Shown: positions 1-9,115 of the stretch, one piece after another | Position numbering within the stretch: the stretch's first letter is position 1 | Layout of the letters: each line of letters begins with the position of its first letter | Source of the DNA: Candidatus Rokuibacteriota bacterium | Lineage (GTDB): Bacteria > Methylomirabilota > Methylomirabilia > Rokubacteriales > DASRDR01 | Direction of reading: 5' to 3' | NCBI GenBank assembly: GCA_044866005.1 | Contig: JBIOTN010000126.1 | Location: 1-32,305, forward strand | Length of the DNA: 32,305 nucleotides | Program-made: the position numbers and the translations under genes | The notes under the pieces: model-generated | The model's database searches: none | What the model saw: the letters and a program-made list of their open reading frames with translations, nothing else | What the model was told of the DNA's origin: nothing

Positions 1-35
1 GCGGCGGCAGAGAGCCGCCGCTCGGAGCGGAACAC
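1..35 (+). repeat. Partial copy of dispersed two-hairpin repeat (hairpin 2 plus tail), cut by window edge
   Basis: GCGGCGGC-AGAGA-GCCGCCGC followed by TCGGAGCGGAACAC; compare 22325-22357 GCGCCGGC-CAA-GCCGGCGC-CCGGAGCGGACCAC. Confidence 0.65.
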
Positions 36-151
36 CGGTTCGGTTGCGGTCCGGCCTCGGTCCGCGCCCGATGGCAGGCCGTCGGCTCGTGGGACGGGCG
101 CGTCCCTGTCCCGCGTCCTTCGGATTACAATGGCTGGCGGGGAGGTGGGCC

Positions 152-1048
152 ATGGCGATGGCGCGGGTGGACGGCGTGCAGCTCTACTACGAGGAGGCGG
201 GCCACGGCCTCCCCCTCGTCTTCGTTCACGAGTTCGCCGGCGACGCCGAGAGCTGGCACCTCCAGGTGCGATGGTTCGCCCGGCGCTACCGGACGATCAG
301 CTTCAACGCCCGCGGCTATCCGCCGTCCGACGTGCCGGACGACCCGGCCGCCTATTCCCAGGCCCGGGCCGTCGAGGACATCCGGGGGATCCTCGACCAC
401 CTGGGGATCCGGAAGGCGCACGTCTGCGGGCTGTCCATGGGTGGGTACGCAACCCTCCACTTCGGGCTCAGCCATCCCGATCGCGCGCTCTCGCTGACCG
501 TGGCCGGCTGCGGGTACGGCAGCGCCGGCGATCGCCAGGGGTTCCGGAGCGAGGCGGCCGAGGTCGCCCGGCGGCTCGAGACGGAGGGGATGAGGGCGGT
601 CGCGGAGATTTACGCGCGGGGGCCCGCGCGGGTCCAGTTCCTCGCCAAGGACCCGAAGGGCTTCGCCGAGTTCCAGGCCCGGCTCGCCGCCGGATCCGCC
701 ACAGGGCACGCGCTCACGCTCCGCGGCGTCCAGATGAGCCGGCCATCGCTCCTCGACCTGGGGCCGCGGCTCGCCGCGCTCGCGGTGCCGACCCTCGTCG
801 TCACGGGGGACGAGGACGAGCCCTGCCTCGAGCCCGCGCTCTTCCTGAAGCGGACCATCCCCACGGCCGGGCTCCTCGTGATCCCGAACTCGGGCCACGC
901 GGTCAACCTCGAGGAGCCCGAGACCTTCAACCGCGCCGTCCTCGACTTTCTCACGGCCGTGGACGCCGGACGCTGGCCCCGACGCCAGCCGGGTCAGCCG
1001 ACCACGACCCTCTTGCCGGGCGAGCCCGCGGCGCGCGCGGCCCGGTAG
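152..1048 (+). CDS. Alpha/beta fold hydrolase
   Basis: GLSMGG nucleophile elbow, VFVHEF oxyanion region, GDED acid, GHAVNLEEP His motif; start moved to ATG 152 with GGAGG at 141-145 and TACAAT at 126-131. Confidence 0.92.
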   Translation: MAMARVDGVQLYYEEAGHGLPLVFVHEFAGDAESWHLQVRWFARRYRTISFNARGYPPSDVPDDPAAYSQARAVEDIRGILDHLGIRKAHVCGLSMGGYATLHFGLSHPDRALSLTVAGCGYGSAGDRQGFRSEAAEVARRLETEGMRAVAEIYARGPARVQFLAKDPKGFAEFQARLAAGSATGHALTLRGVQMSRPSLLDLGPRLAALAVPTLVVTGDEDEPCLEPALFLKRTIPTAGLLVIPNSGHAVNLEEPETFNRAVLDFLTAVDAGRWPRRQPGQPTTTLLPGEPAARAAR

Positions 1049-1112
1049 GGGCGACGACGGCCTCGCCACCCCGCGCGGCGCGGGAGGGACCGGGCGCCTG
1101 CGAGGTGGTGGC

Positions 1113-2048
1113 GTGCTCACGCGAGGCCGGCCCCGCGTCCGCCCGGCCCGGAGCGCGCGCGTGAGGCGCCGGGTGCGCGGCCTCGAGCTCGGCCTCGCGC
1201 TGCCGCTCTTCGTCTACGTCCTCGTCTTCACCGTGGCCCCGATCCTCGACACCGTCCGGATCTCGCTCACCACGCCGGCGGGGGCCTTCCCGACGCTCGA
1301 GCCCTACCGGGCCGTCTTCGCGTCCGAGGTCTTCCACCGGGCCATCGTGAACACGGTGGTCGTCGCGCTCTTCTCGCTCGCCTTGCAGCTCGGCCTCGGC
1401 CTCGGCGTCGCCCTGGCGCTCCACCGCGCGTTCCCGCTCCGCGCCCTGGTCCGGAGCATCGTCCTGGTGCCCCTCGGGGTCCCCACGGTCGTCGCGGGCG
1501 CCGTCATGCTGCTGGTGTTCTCCCGCTCGGGATACCTGAACGCCCTCCTCTTCGATCTCGCCGACGCGGTGAACCGCCTGCCCGGCGTGGACTGGTCGTT
1601 CGTGCCGCTGGCGTGGCCGGTGGCCGGCGGATGGCGGACCCTCCTCACGCTGGCCGTCGCCGACGTCTGGAAGGTGCTGCCGATGGTGACGCTCATCTTC
1701 CTGGCAGGCCTCGAGTCGATCTCGCCGGACGTCTACGAGGCGGCGGACGTGGACGGCGCCTCGGCCGGCGGCCGCTTCCTTCGCATCACGTTGCCGCTGC
1801 TCCTGCCGTACGCCACGATGGCGATCATCCTGCGGGCCATCGACGCGTTCCGCATCTTCGAGCTCGCCCTGGTCCTGGCCGGTCGCGTCGAGCCGGTGCT
1901 GGGCACGTACATCTGGCGTCGCTACGCGCCGCCGACCAGCGACCCCTACACGGCCGCGGCCGCCTCGATCGTCCTGTTCGCCCTGATCATGGTGTTCATC
2001 CTCCTCTACCTGCGCCTGGTCGCCGGGCGCGTCGAGGTCGAGGCGTGA
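1113..2048 (+). CDS. Carbohydrate ABC transporter permease (MalF-like)
   Basis: Multiple TM segments, EAA loop YEAADVDGAS; start could be GTG 1113 or 1161. Confidence 0.92.
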   Translation: MLTRGRPRVRPARSARVRRRVRGLELGLALPLFVYVLVFTVAPILDTVRISLTTPAGAFPTLEPYRAVFASEVFHRAIVNTVVVALFSLALQLGLGLGVALALHRAFPLRALVRSIVLVPLGVPTVVAGAVMLLVFSRSGYLNALLFDLADAVNRLPGVDWSFVPLAWPVAGGWRTLLTLAVADVWKVLPMVTLIFLAGLESISPDVYEAADVDGASAGGRFLRITLPLLLPYATMAIILRAIDAFRIFELALVLAGRVEPVLGTYIWRRYAPPTSDPYTAAAASIVLFALIMVFILLYLRLVAGRVEVEA

Positions 2049-2869
2049 CGGCCGCCTGGCGCCCGCTCCAGCGCCCCCTCTTCGCGCTCTGGGTCGCCAC
2101 GTCGGTCGCCTTCGTGCTCTTCCCCGTCTACCTGCTGGTCATGGTGTCGGTGGCGCCGGGCGGCGCGATCTTCGGGGAGCGGCCGGCGCTCGTCGTCACC
2201 GAGCCCACGCTCAAGTTCTGGCGGCGCGTCGTCGAGCGGGGCGATCTCTGGGGCCCGCTGGTCAAGAGCCTGACCGTCGCCACCGCGACCACGGCCCTGG
2301 CGATCGCGATCGCGGCGCCGGCGGCGTACGTCATCGCGCGTCTGCCCGCGGCCCTGCGCTACGCTCTGGTCGTGACGCTGCTGGTCACGCGCATGTTTCC
2401 GGAATTCACGGTGGGCGTGTCGGTCGCGACGCGCTTCGCGCGGCTCGGGCTGGTCGACGACTACGTGGGGCTGACGCTCGCTCACCTCATCCCCGCGCTG
2501 CCCTTCGTCGCCTGGATCCTGGTCGGCACCTTCGCCGGCGTGCCGCGGGAGCTCGAGGAGGCGGCCGCGGTCGACGGGGCGTCGCGGGTGGGGACGCTGG
2601 CGCGCGTCGTCTTCCCCGCCGCCGCGCCGGGCGTCGCGGTCGCGGCGCTCTTCGTCTGGCTCTACTCCTGGAACGAGTTCCTCTACGCGCGCCTTCTGAC
2701 GACGAGCCAGAACACCCTGCCGCTCCAGGTCTTCCAGGCGATCGACCGCGGGAGCCGGCAGCAGATGGCCGCGGTGGGGGCGGTCCTCGTCGTCCCGATC
2801 CTCGTCGTCGTCGGCGCGCTCCAGCGCTACCTCCGGCCGGGCGCGCTCACGGGCGCCGTCAAGGGCTGA
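2045..2869 (+). CDS. Carbohydrate ABC transporter permease (MalG-like)
   Basis: ELEEAAAVDGAS, WNEFLYA, NTLP motifs; GTG 2045 overlaps upstream stop as GTGA. Confidence 0.92.
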   Translation: MTAAWRPLQRPLFALWVATSVAFVLFPVYLLVMVSVAPGGAIFGERPALVVTEPTLKFWRRVVERGDLWGPLVKSLTVATATTALAIAIAAPAAYVIARLPAALRYALVVTLLVTRMFPEFTVGVSVATRFARLGLVDDYVGLTLAHLIPALPFVAWILVGTFAGVPRELEEAAAVDGASRVGTLARVVFPAAAPGVAVAALFVWLYSWNEFLYARLLTTSQNTLPLQVFQAIDRGSRQQMAAVGAVLVVPILVVVGALQRYLRPGALTGAVKG

Positions 2870-2872
2870 GGG

Positions 2873-4141
2873 GTGGGGAGCCGCGCCGTCGCGGCGGGCG
2901 TCCTCCTCGGGGTCGTCGCGCTCCAGGCCTCGGGCTGCGAGGGGGAGCGCGCCGCCCCGCGGAGCGGCCCGCTGGCGGGCCTCCGGCTCACCGTCAGCAT
3001 GTCGCTCGCGGAGGAGGAGCAGGCGGCGATCCGCGCGCTCCTGCGCCAGTTCGAGCAGGCCAGCGGCGCCCGGGCGAGACTCGTGGCGGTGGCCGGCGCC
3101 GACCTGCCGGAGAAGCTCCGGGTGGACGTGGGCGCCGGGCGGCCGACGATCGACCTCTTCGCCCAGGACAACCTCACCCTCCGCCCCCTGGTGGACGGCG
3201 GACTGGTGGAGGACCTCTCCGACGTCCCGATCCCGGAGGGCGTCCTCCCATCGATGATCCCGCCCCGCCTGGAGGGCCGGCGATACTTCCTGCCGTTTCG
3301 CCCGAACGTGCAGGTCACTTACGTCAACAAGGCGCGCTTCCGCCAGGCCGGCGTCTCGCCGCCCCGGACCGTGGAGGAGCTGCGGGCGGTGGCGCGGGCT
3401 CTCAAGGCCGCCGCGCGGGGCGTCGCCAAGGTCACGCTCCCGCTCGACCAGGGGGCCGGCACCGCCGTCACCATCGCCGAGTGGGTCGTGGCCTTCGGCG
3501 GGAACCCCGTCCTCCTCAACGACGACGGCTCGGTGCGCGCGTTCGAATTCCTCCAGGGGCTCTGGCAGGAGGGCCTGCTCGCGCCGGAGAGCCTGCTGGC
3601 GAAGTACGACACGCAGGTCGACTACCTGCAGGGCGAGACGGCGTGGGTGGCGCCGAACTGGCCGTTCACCTCGATGGTCTTCCTCGAGCAGGACATCCTC
3701 GACCGCTTCGAGGTCTACCCGGGCTGGCGGGGCCCGGCGCGCGCGGCCCACGTCATCGGCGGTGACGTGCTGGGGATCCCCAGGGGCGTGACGGGCCGGC
3801 GGAAGGCGGGCGCGATCGCCCTCGCGCGGTTCCTGATGTCGCGCGACGCCCAGCGGCTCCTGGCCGAGCGGAACGCCTGGCCCTCGATCCGCGCCGACGT
3901 CTACGAGACGGTGCCGCCAGGGCTGCGGGAGACCTTCCAGGCGATCAAGCAGGCCCTGGCGGACGGCTTTTACCGGCCGGACGTCCCCTACTGGCCCGAC
4001 ATCACCGACGCCATGAACGAGGCGGTCCGCCGGATCCTCGTGCGGGGCGAGCCGGCGCGGGGCGTGCTCGACGCCCTGCACGCCGGGCTCGCGGCCGCAG
4101 CGCGACGGCGGGGGGCCGAGTACCCCCCGCCCGCCCGCTGA
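2873..4141 (+). CDS. Sugar ABC transporter substrate-binding lipoprotein (SBP family 1)
   Basis: Signal ending LQASGC; NWPF and IGGDVLGI motifs typical of maltose/trehalose-type binding proteins; operonic with permeases; no ATPase gene in window. Confidence 0.88.
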   Translation: MGSRAVAAGVLLGVVALQASGCEGERAAPRSGPLAGLRLTVSMSLAEEEQAAIRALLRQFEQASGARARLVAVAGADLPEKLRVDVGAGRPTIDLFAQDNLTLRPLVDGGLVEDLSDVPIPEGVLPSMIPPRLEGRRYFLPFRPNVQVTYVNKARFRQAGVSPPRTVEELRAVARALKAAARGVAKVTLPLDQGAGTAVTIAEWVVAFGGNPVLLNDDGSVRAFEFLQGLWQEGLLAPESLLAKYDTQVDYLQGETAWVAPNWPFTSMVFLEQDILDRFEVYPGWRGPARAAHVIGGDVLGIPRGVTGRRKAGAIALARFLMSRDAQRLLAERNAWPSIRADVYETVPPGLRETFQAIKQALADGFYRPDVPYWPDITDAMNEAVRRILVRGEPARGVLDALHAGLAAAARRRGAEYPPPAR

Positions 4142-4163
4142 GCCAAGCCGGCGATCGCACCCG

Positions 4164-6413
4164 CTATGGGTTCACCGTCACCAGGGTCGCCTGGTTGTCC
4201 CACTTGAAGAGCGTCGCCCAGTTCCCGGAGAAGACGCCGATCTTGACGGTGTAGGTGCCGCTCGGCAGGGTGGCCGGGACGGCCCAGGTCCACTGGAAGG
4301 ACTTCGCCTCGCCGGCCGCGAAGTTCTGGCCGGTCGTGATCTGCTGGTTGACCCTGGTGCCGGACGAGCTGAAGATCTCCAGGTCGATGTTGATGCCGGA
4401 GGCGGCGCCGCCGGTATCGGTCACCGTGGTCGTGATCGTCGTGCTGTTGCCGCGGGTGACCGGGTTCGGCGCCGCCGACGTCGGGCCGATGGTGAAGGCG
4501 GGCGCGCCGCCGCCCCCGCCGGTGAAGGTGACCGTCACGGTGGTGTTGGCGGTCATCGTGACGTCGCAGGTGCCGAGGCCGGGCTTGGCGCTGGTGGTGG
4601 TGCAGCCGCTGAAGTTGCCGAAGGTCGAGCCGTTGGCGGCATCGGGCGTGGCGGCGAGGTGCACGACAGTCCCGCTGGCGTAGGGCTCGGAGCAGTCGGC
4701 GCCGCAGTCGATGCCGGCCGGCGTGCTGGTCACGGTGCCGCTGCCCGTGCCGGTCTTCACGACCGTCAGGGTGAAGGGGCCGCCACCCCCGCCGCCGCTC
4801 TGCACGCTGACCGACGCGGCGTTGTTGTTCCACGCGAGCAGCGCCCAGCTCGAGGAGAAGACGCCGATCTTGACGGTGTAGGTGCCGGCGGCCTGGGAGG
4901 CCGGAACGGCCCAGGTCCACTGGAAGGACTTCGCCTCGCCGGCGGCGAAGCTCTGGCCCGTGGTGAACTGCTGGTTGACCCGCGTGCCGGACGAGCTGAA
5001 GATCTCCAGGTCCAGGTTGATCCCGGAGGCGGCGCCGCCCGTGTCCGTGATCGTGGTCGTGACGGTCGTGCTGGCGCCGGGCGCCACGGGGTTCGGCGCC
5101 GCGGAGGTCGCGCCGATGGTGAAGGCCGGCGCGCCGCCCCCTCCGCCGCCGGACGGCGTCCCGCGGCGGAGGAAGGCTTCGGAGTTGCCGAGCTGGGCGT
5201 CCTCCCACAGGACGTAGACGGCGCTGTCCGGGCCGGCGGCCGCGACGACCTCGGAGGAGTTCGAGCCCGGGTTGTTCGAGATGTTCGTGGGCGTGCCGAA
5301 GCTCGCGCCGCCATTCGACGAGACCGCCACGACGGCGTCGAGCTCGCCGCCCGCCGTGTTGTCCTCCCAGGCGACCAGGATCAGGCCGTTCGGCGTCTCG
5401 ACCGGCCAGGGATAGCCGGCGGTGGTGAAGGCCGGTGCGTTCGCGGAGAGCTTGATGGGCGTGCCGAAGCTGGCGCCGGCGTCGGTCGACTGCACGAACA
5501 TCACGGCGTGCGTGTGCGGCGCGGGCGCGACCTGCTTGCGCTCCTCGTAGGCGACCATGATCCGGCCGGAGGGGCCGACCGTCACGCTCGCGCAGTGGGC
5601 GTGGATGACCGCGTTCGAGATCTGGAGCGGGGCCGAGAAGGTGTTGCCCCCGTCGAACGACCGGGTGAAGAGGATCTGGGGACCCGTGCCGTTGATCTTG
5701 TCATGCCAGATCGCGTAGACGGCCCCGCTGTTGGGGTCGGTCGTCAGGCCCGGATACACGGTGTCGCAGTTGCCCACGCCGTCCGGCGCGCACCCGAGCG
5801 GCGTGGCCACCGGGGCGATGCTGAACGGGGTCTCGAAGCTCCCGCCGCCGTCGAACGAGCGGGCCAGCGCGATGTGGCGGCCGCCGGACCCCTCGTCCCA
5901 GATCACGTAGACGGTCCCGTTCGGCCCGACCGCGACGCGCCCCTCCTGGGAGTGCCCGGGGCTGTTCGAGACGTTGATGGGCGCGCCGAACGACGCGCCG
6001 TCGTTCAGCGACCGGCTGAACATGATCTCCTTCGTGTCCCCGCCTGGCGCGCTGTCGGGATCCTGCATCCACACGACGTACACGGCGCCGCCGTGGACGG
6101 CGACGCGGGGCCGGAGCGCCGCCCGGACCGTGTTGCTGATCTGGATCGTGCCGGTGAAGGTCTGGCCGCCGTCGAAGGACCGCCTGTACTTGATCTGGAA
6201 GTGCCCCGGGTTGCCGCTGTCGTCGCCCCACACGACATGGAGCGTGCCGGCCCCATCCAGGGCCATGTGCGGCTTACTGGACTCGCCCGTGCTCCTGGAC
6301 ACGTTGACGACGGGGCCGAACGTGAACTGCGCCGAGGCGACCGAGGGGGCCGTGAGCCCCAGCGCCACGAGGGTGAGCAGCAGGCCTCCCCGAGACACCC
6401 AGCGCCGCGCCAT
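4164..6413 (-). CDS. Secreted Asp-box (BNR/sialidase-like) beta-propeller protein with two Ig-like repeats and a Cys-containing spacer domain
   Basis: Signal peptide MARRW...ASA-QF; six SxDGGxxF-type motifs; poly-Gly linkers; ATG 6413 preceded by GGGAG. Confidence 0.85.
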   Translation of the reverse strand: MARRWVSRGGLLLTLVALGLTAPSVASAQFTFGPVVNVSRSTGESSKPHMALDGAGTLHVVWGDDSGNPGHFQIKYRRSFDGGQTFTGTIQISNTVRAALRPRVAVHGGAVYVVWMQDPDSAPGGDTKEIMFSRSLNDGASFGAPINVSNSPGHSQEGRVAVGPNGTVYVIWDEGSGGRHIALARSFDGGGSFETPFSIAPVATPLGCAPDGVGNCDTVYPGLTTDPNSGAVYAIWHDKINGTGPQILFTRSFDGGNTFSAPLQISNAVIHAHCASVTVGPSGRIMVAYEERKQVAPAPHTHAVMFVQSTDAGASFGTPIKLSANAPAFTTAGYPWPVETPNGLILVAWEDNTAGGELDAVVAVSSNGGASFGTPTNISNNPGSNSSEVVAAAGPDSAVYVLWEDAQLGNSEAFLRRGTPSGGGGGGAPAFTIGATSAAPNPVAPGASTTVTTTITDTGGAASGINLDLEIFSSSGTRVNQQFTTGQSFAAGEAKSFQWTWAVPASQAAGTYTVKIGVFSSSWALLAWNNNAASVSVQSGGGGGGPFTLTVVKTGTGSGTVTSTPAGIDCGADCSEPYASGTVVHLAATPDAANGSTFGNFSGCTTTSAKPGLGTCDVTMTANTTVTVTFTGGGGGAPAFTIGPTSAAPNPVTRGNSTTITTTVTDTGGAASGINIDLEIFSSSGTRVNQQITTGQNFAAGEAKSFQWTWAVPATLPSGTYTVKIGVFSGNWATLFKWDNQATLVTVNP
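4176..5139 (-). repeat. Intragenic direct repeat, two ~337 bp copies (about 4176-4512 and 4803-5139)
   Basis: Offset 627 bp; e.g. GAGAAGACGCCGATCTTGACGGTGTAGGTGCCG in both; encodes duplicated APAFTIG...GTYTVKIGVFS domain. Confidence 0.9.
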
Positions 6414-6508
6414 GTTCGTCTCCCTGCCCACGGCCCCCGGAACAAGGCCGGTTGTGCATCGCGCCCGGGTGCGGCCAGGCGTCGAACGCGAACCCGTTCC
6501 AGGGTGGT

Positions 6509-6525
6509 AGCAAGAGCAGTGCCCA
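6509..6525 (-). promoter_or_regulatory. Sigma54-type -24/-12 promoter for the Asp-box gene
   Basis: TGGGCAC-TGCTC-TTGCT on minus strand (GG-N10-GC), about 95 nt upstream of the ATG. Confidence 0.65.
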
Positions 6526-6660
6526 ACGCGGCCGGGTGGGCGGACGCCGCGATACGGCCTGCCTTTTCGGGGCGAGGGCGGGCGGCCTGGCTCGAGAGGG
6601 CGCGCAATTCTTGCCCGCTCTCCGGGAGAAACGGCGCGGGGCCCGCATCGTCGCGCAGGT

Positions 6661-6691
6661 TTGACAGCCGTCGGTGCCACGTGGTAAGGCT
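6661..6691 (+). promoter_or_regulatory. Possible sigma70 promoter for dihydropyrimidinase-like gene
   Basis: Perfect TTGACA at 6661; imperfect -10 region TGGTAAGGCT. Confidence 0.4.
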
Positions 6692-6721
6692 GTCCGCGCG
6701 CCGCCACCGGCGGACGCCCGC

Positions 6722-8140
6722 ATGGCCGCCCCCAAGGTCGACCTGATCCTGCACGGCGGGACGATCGTCACCGCGACCGACGCCTACGAGGGGAGCGTCG
6801 CGGTGAGCGGCGAGCGGATCGTCGCCCTCGGCCCGGCCGCGCTGCTCCCGCCGGCCGAGCGCTACCTCGACGTGTCGGGCAAGTACGTCCTCCCGGGGGC
6901 CATCGACTGCCACATCCACCTCGGCCCGGAGTACGACGACTGGCGCACCGGCCCGATCGCGGCCGCCCACGCAGGGCTCACGACGCTGATCGGCTTCGCC
7001 CTCTACGACGACCGGGCGGGCGAGACGCTGCCGGACGCGATCCGGCGCCTTCGGAGCGAGGTGGGGTCGCAGTCCGTGCTCGACTTCGGCTTCCACCTGA
7101 TCCTCCTCCCGCAGCCCGACGTCCTGGCTGGCGTAGCCGAGGCGGTCCGTCTCGGCGTCAGCTCCTTCAAGCTCTTCATGACCTACAAGAAGCGGAACCG
7201 GATGTGCTCGGACGACTTCATCTGTCGCGCCATGGAGCTCGTCGCCGCGCAGGGCGGCGTGACGCAGCTCCACTGCGAGAACGGCGAGGTCATCGACTAC
7301 CTGGAGGAGAAGGCGCTGGCCGAGGGCCGCGTGCGCCCGCGCGACTTCCCGGCGACCTGCCCGGACTGGGCCGAGGAGGAGGCCATCAACCGCGCCATCC
7401 TCTTCGGCCGGCTCACGGGCTCGCCGGTGTACGTCGTCCACCTGAGCACCCGGCTCGGCCTCGAGCGGATCAAGCAGGCGCAGGCCACGGGCCAGCGGGT
7501 GTGGACGGAGACCTGCCCGCAGTACCTGCTCCTGTCGGACGACGAGATGGAGCGGTGGGGCCCGCTGGCGAAGATCGGGCCGCCCCTCCGTCCGGCCGGG
7601 GGCCCCGACCGCGAGGCGCTCTGGGGCGGCTCGGCCGGGGGATACATCGCGACGATCGGCAGCGATCACGCGCCGCGCTCCCAGGCGGCCAAGGCCCCCG
7701 GCTTCGCGAACATCTTCGTGGATCCGGACGGGAAGTCCGTTCCCTTCGGAAGCCCGTCGGTCGAGACCATGGTGCCGCTCATGTACAGTGAGGGCGTCGT
7801 GAAGCGCGGCCTGCCGATCTCCTGGCTCGCGCGCGTGCTGGCGGAGAACCCCGCGCGGATCTTCGGGCTCTACCCGACGAAGGGCGTCATCCGCGTGGGC
7901 GCGGACGCGGATCTGCTGATCCTCGACCCGGCCGCCACGGGGACGATCCGGGCGGCCGATCACCGGGGGATGGCGGGCTTCACCCTCTACGAGGGCATGG
8001 CGATCCGGGGCCGCCCGTGGATGACCCTGCTCCGGGGCCGGGTCCTGCTCGAGCAGGGCCGGCTCCTCGAGGCGCCGGGTTACGGGCGCTACCTCCCGCG
8101 CGCGGGCCCGGTGCCGCCGGTCGGCGGCCCGGTGCGCTGA
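6722..8140 (+). CDS. Dihydropyrimidinase/hydantoinase-like cyclic amidohydrolase
   Basis: PGAIDCHIH, SFKLF (carbamylated Lys), LHCENG, VVHLS, ETCPQYL, GSDH, GADADL. Confidence 0.9.
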   Translation: MAAPKVDLILHGGTIVTATDAYEGSVAVSGERIVALGPAALLPPAERYLDVSGKYVLPGAIDCHIHLGPEYDDWRTGPIAAAHAGLTTLIGFALYDDRAGETLPDAIRRLRSEVGSQSVLDFGFHLILLPQPDVLAGVAEAVRLGVSSFKLFMTYKKRNRMCSDDFICRAMELVAAQGGVTQLHCENGEVIDYLEEKALAEGRVRPRDFPATCPDWAEEEAINRAILFGRLTGSPVYVVHLSTRLGLERIKQAQATGQRVWTETCPQYLLLSDDEMERWGPLAKIGPPLRPAGGPDREALWGGSAGGYIATIGSDHAPRSQAAKAPGFANIFVDPDGKSVPFGSPSVETMVPLMYSEGVVKRGLPISWLARVLAENPARIFGLYPTKGVIRVGADADLLILDPAATGTIRAADHRGMAGFTLYEGMAIRGRPWMTLLRGRVLLEQGRLLEAPGYGRYLPRAGPVPPVGGPVR

Positions 8141-8154
8141 CGGGGGCCCTTCGC

Positions 8155-9069
8155 GTGCGGATCTGCTCGCTGCTCCCGAGCGCCACCGAGATCGTCTTCG
8201 CCCTCGGGCTCGGAGACCGGCTGGTCGGCGTCACCCACGAGTGCGACTACCCGCCCGAGGCGCGAGGCCTGCCCGTCGTCACGCGGAGCGCCATCGACCA
8301 CGCGCGGAGCTCGAGCCGGGAGATCCACGCCCACGTCGCGGCGGCGCTGCACCGCGGCAGCAGCCTCTACGAGCTCGACGAGCGCCTGCTCGCGGAGCTC
8401 GATCCGGACCTCGTCCTGACGCAGGAGCTCTGCGCCGTCTGCGCCGTCTCCTACGGCGAGGTCCAGCGCGCGGTGCGCCGCCTCGCGGGGGCGCGACAGG
8501 TGCTCTCGCTCGAGCCCACCACGCTCGAGGGGATCCTGGGGACGATCGGGGAGGTCGGGCGGCTCGCCGGCGTGGCCGGGCGCGCGGAGGAGCTGGTGGG
8601 CGCGCTCCGAGCCCGCATCGGCCGGGTCGTCGCCGCGGTCGAGGGCGTTCCGGCGCGACCCCGGATCCTGGCGCTCGAGTGGCTCGAGCCCCCGTTCGTG
8701 GCCGGCCACTGGGTCCCGGAGCTCGCGCGCCTGGCCGGCGGCCGGGACGACCTCGGCCGCGAGGGCCAGCCGTCGGTCGAGGTGACGTGGACCCGCGTGG
8801 CGGCGTACGACCCGGAGGTCGTGGTCCTGATGCCGTGCGGCTTCGACCTCGAGCGCACGGTCGCCGAGCTCGGTCGCGCGACCTTGCCCGAGGCGTGGCA
8901 CGGCCTCGCGGCGTGCCGCGGGGGGCGCGTGTTCGCGGTGGACGGGTCGGCGTACTTCAACCGGCCGGGACCCCGCATCGTGGACGGCCTCGAGATCCTC
9001 GGCGAGATCCTCCACCCGGAGCGGGTCCGAGGCGACGCGCCGCCCCGGGGCTGGCGCCGGCTGGGCTGA
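8155..9069 (+). CDS. BtuF/TroA-like periplasmic-binding-fold protein (cobalamin-binding protein family)
   Basis: RICSLLPSATEIVFALG, VGVTHECDYP, FNRPGPRIVDG; GTG 8155; no signal peptide. Confidence 0.88.
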   Translation: MRICSLLPSATEIVFALGLGDRLVGVTHECDYPPEARGLPVVTRSAIDHARSSSREIHAHVAAALHRGSSLYELDERLLAELDPDLVLTQELCAVCAVSYGEVQRAVRRLAGARQVLSLEPTTLEGILGTIGEVGRLAGVAGRAEELVGALRARIGRVVAAVEGVPARPRILALEWLEPPFVAGHWVPELARLAGGRDDLGREGQPSVEVTWTRVAAYDPEVVVLMPCGFDLERTVAELGRATLPEAWHGLAACRGGRVFAVDGSAYFNRPGPRIVDGLEILGEILHPERVRGDAPPRGWRRLG

Positions 9070-9115
9070 GGCGGCGGCGAGCCCGGGAGGCGGGCCCCCG
9101 GCGGAAGGCGGCGTC

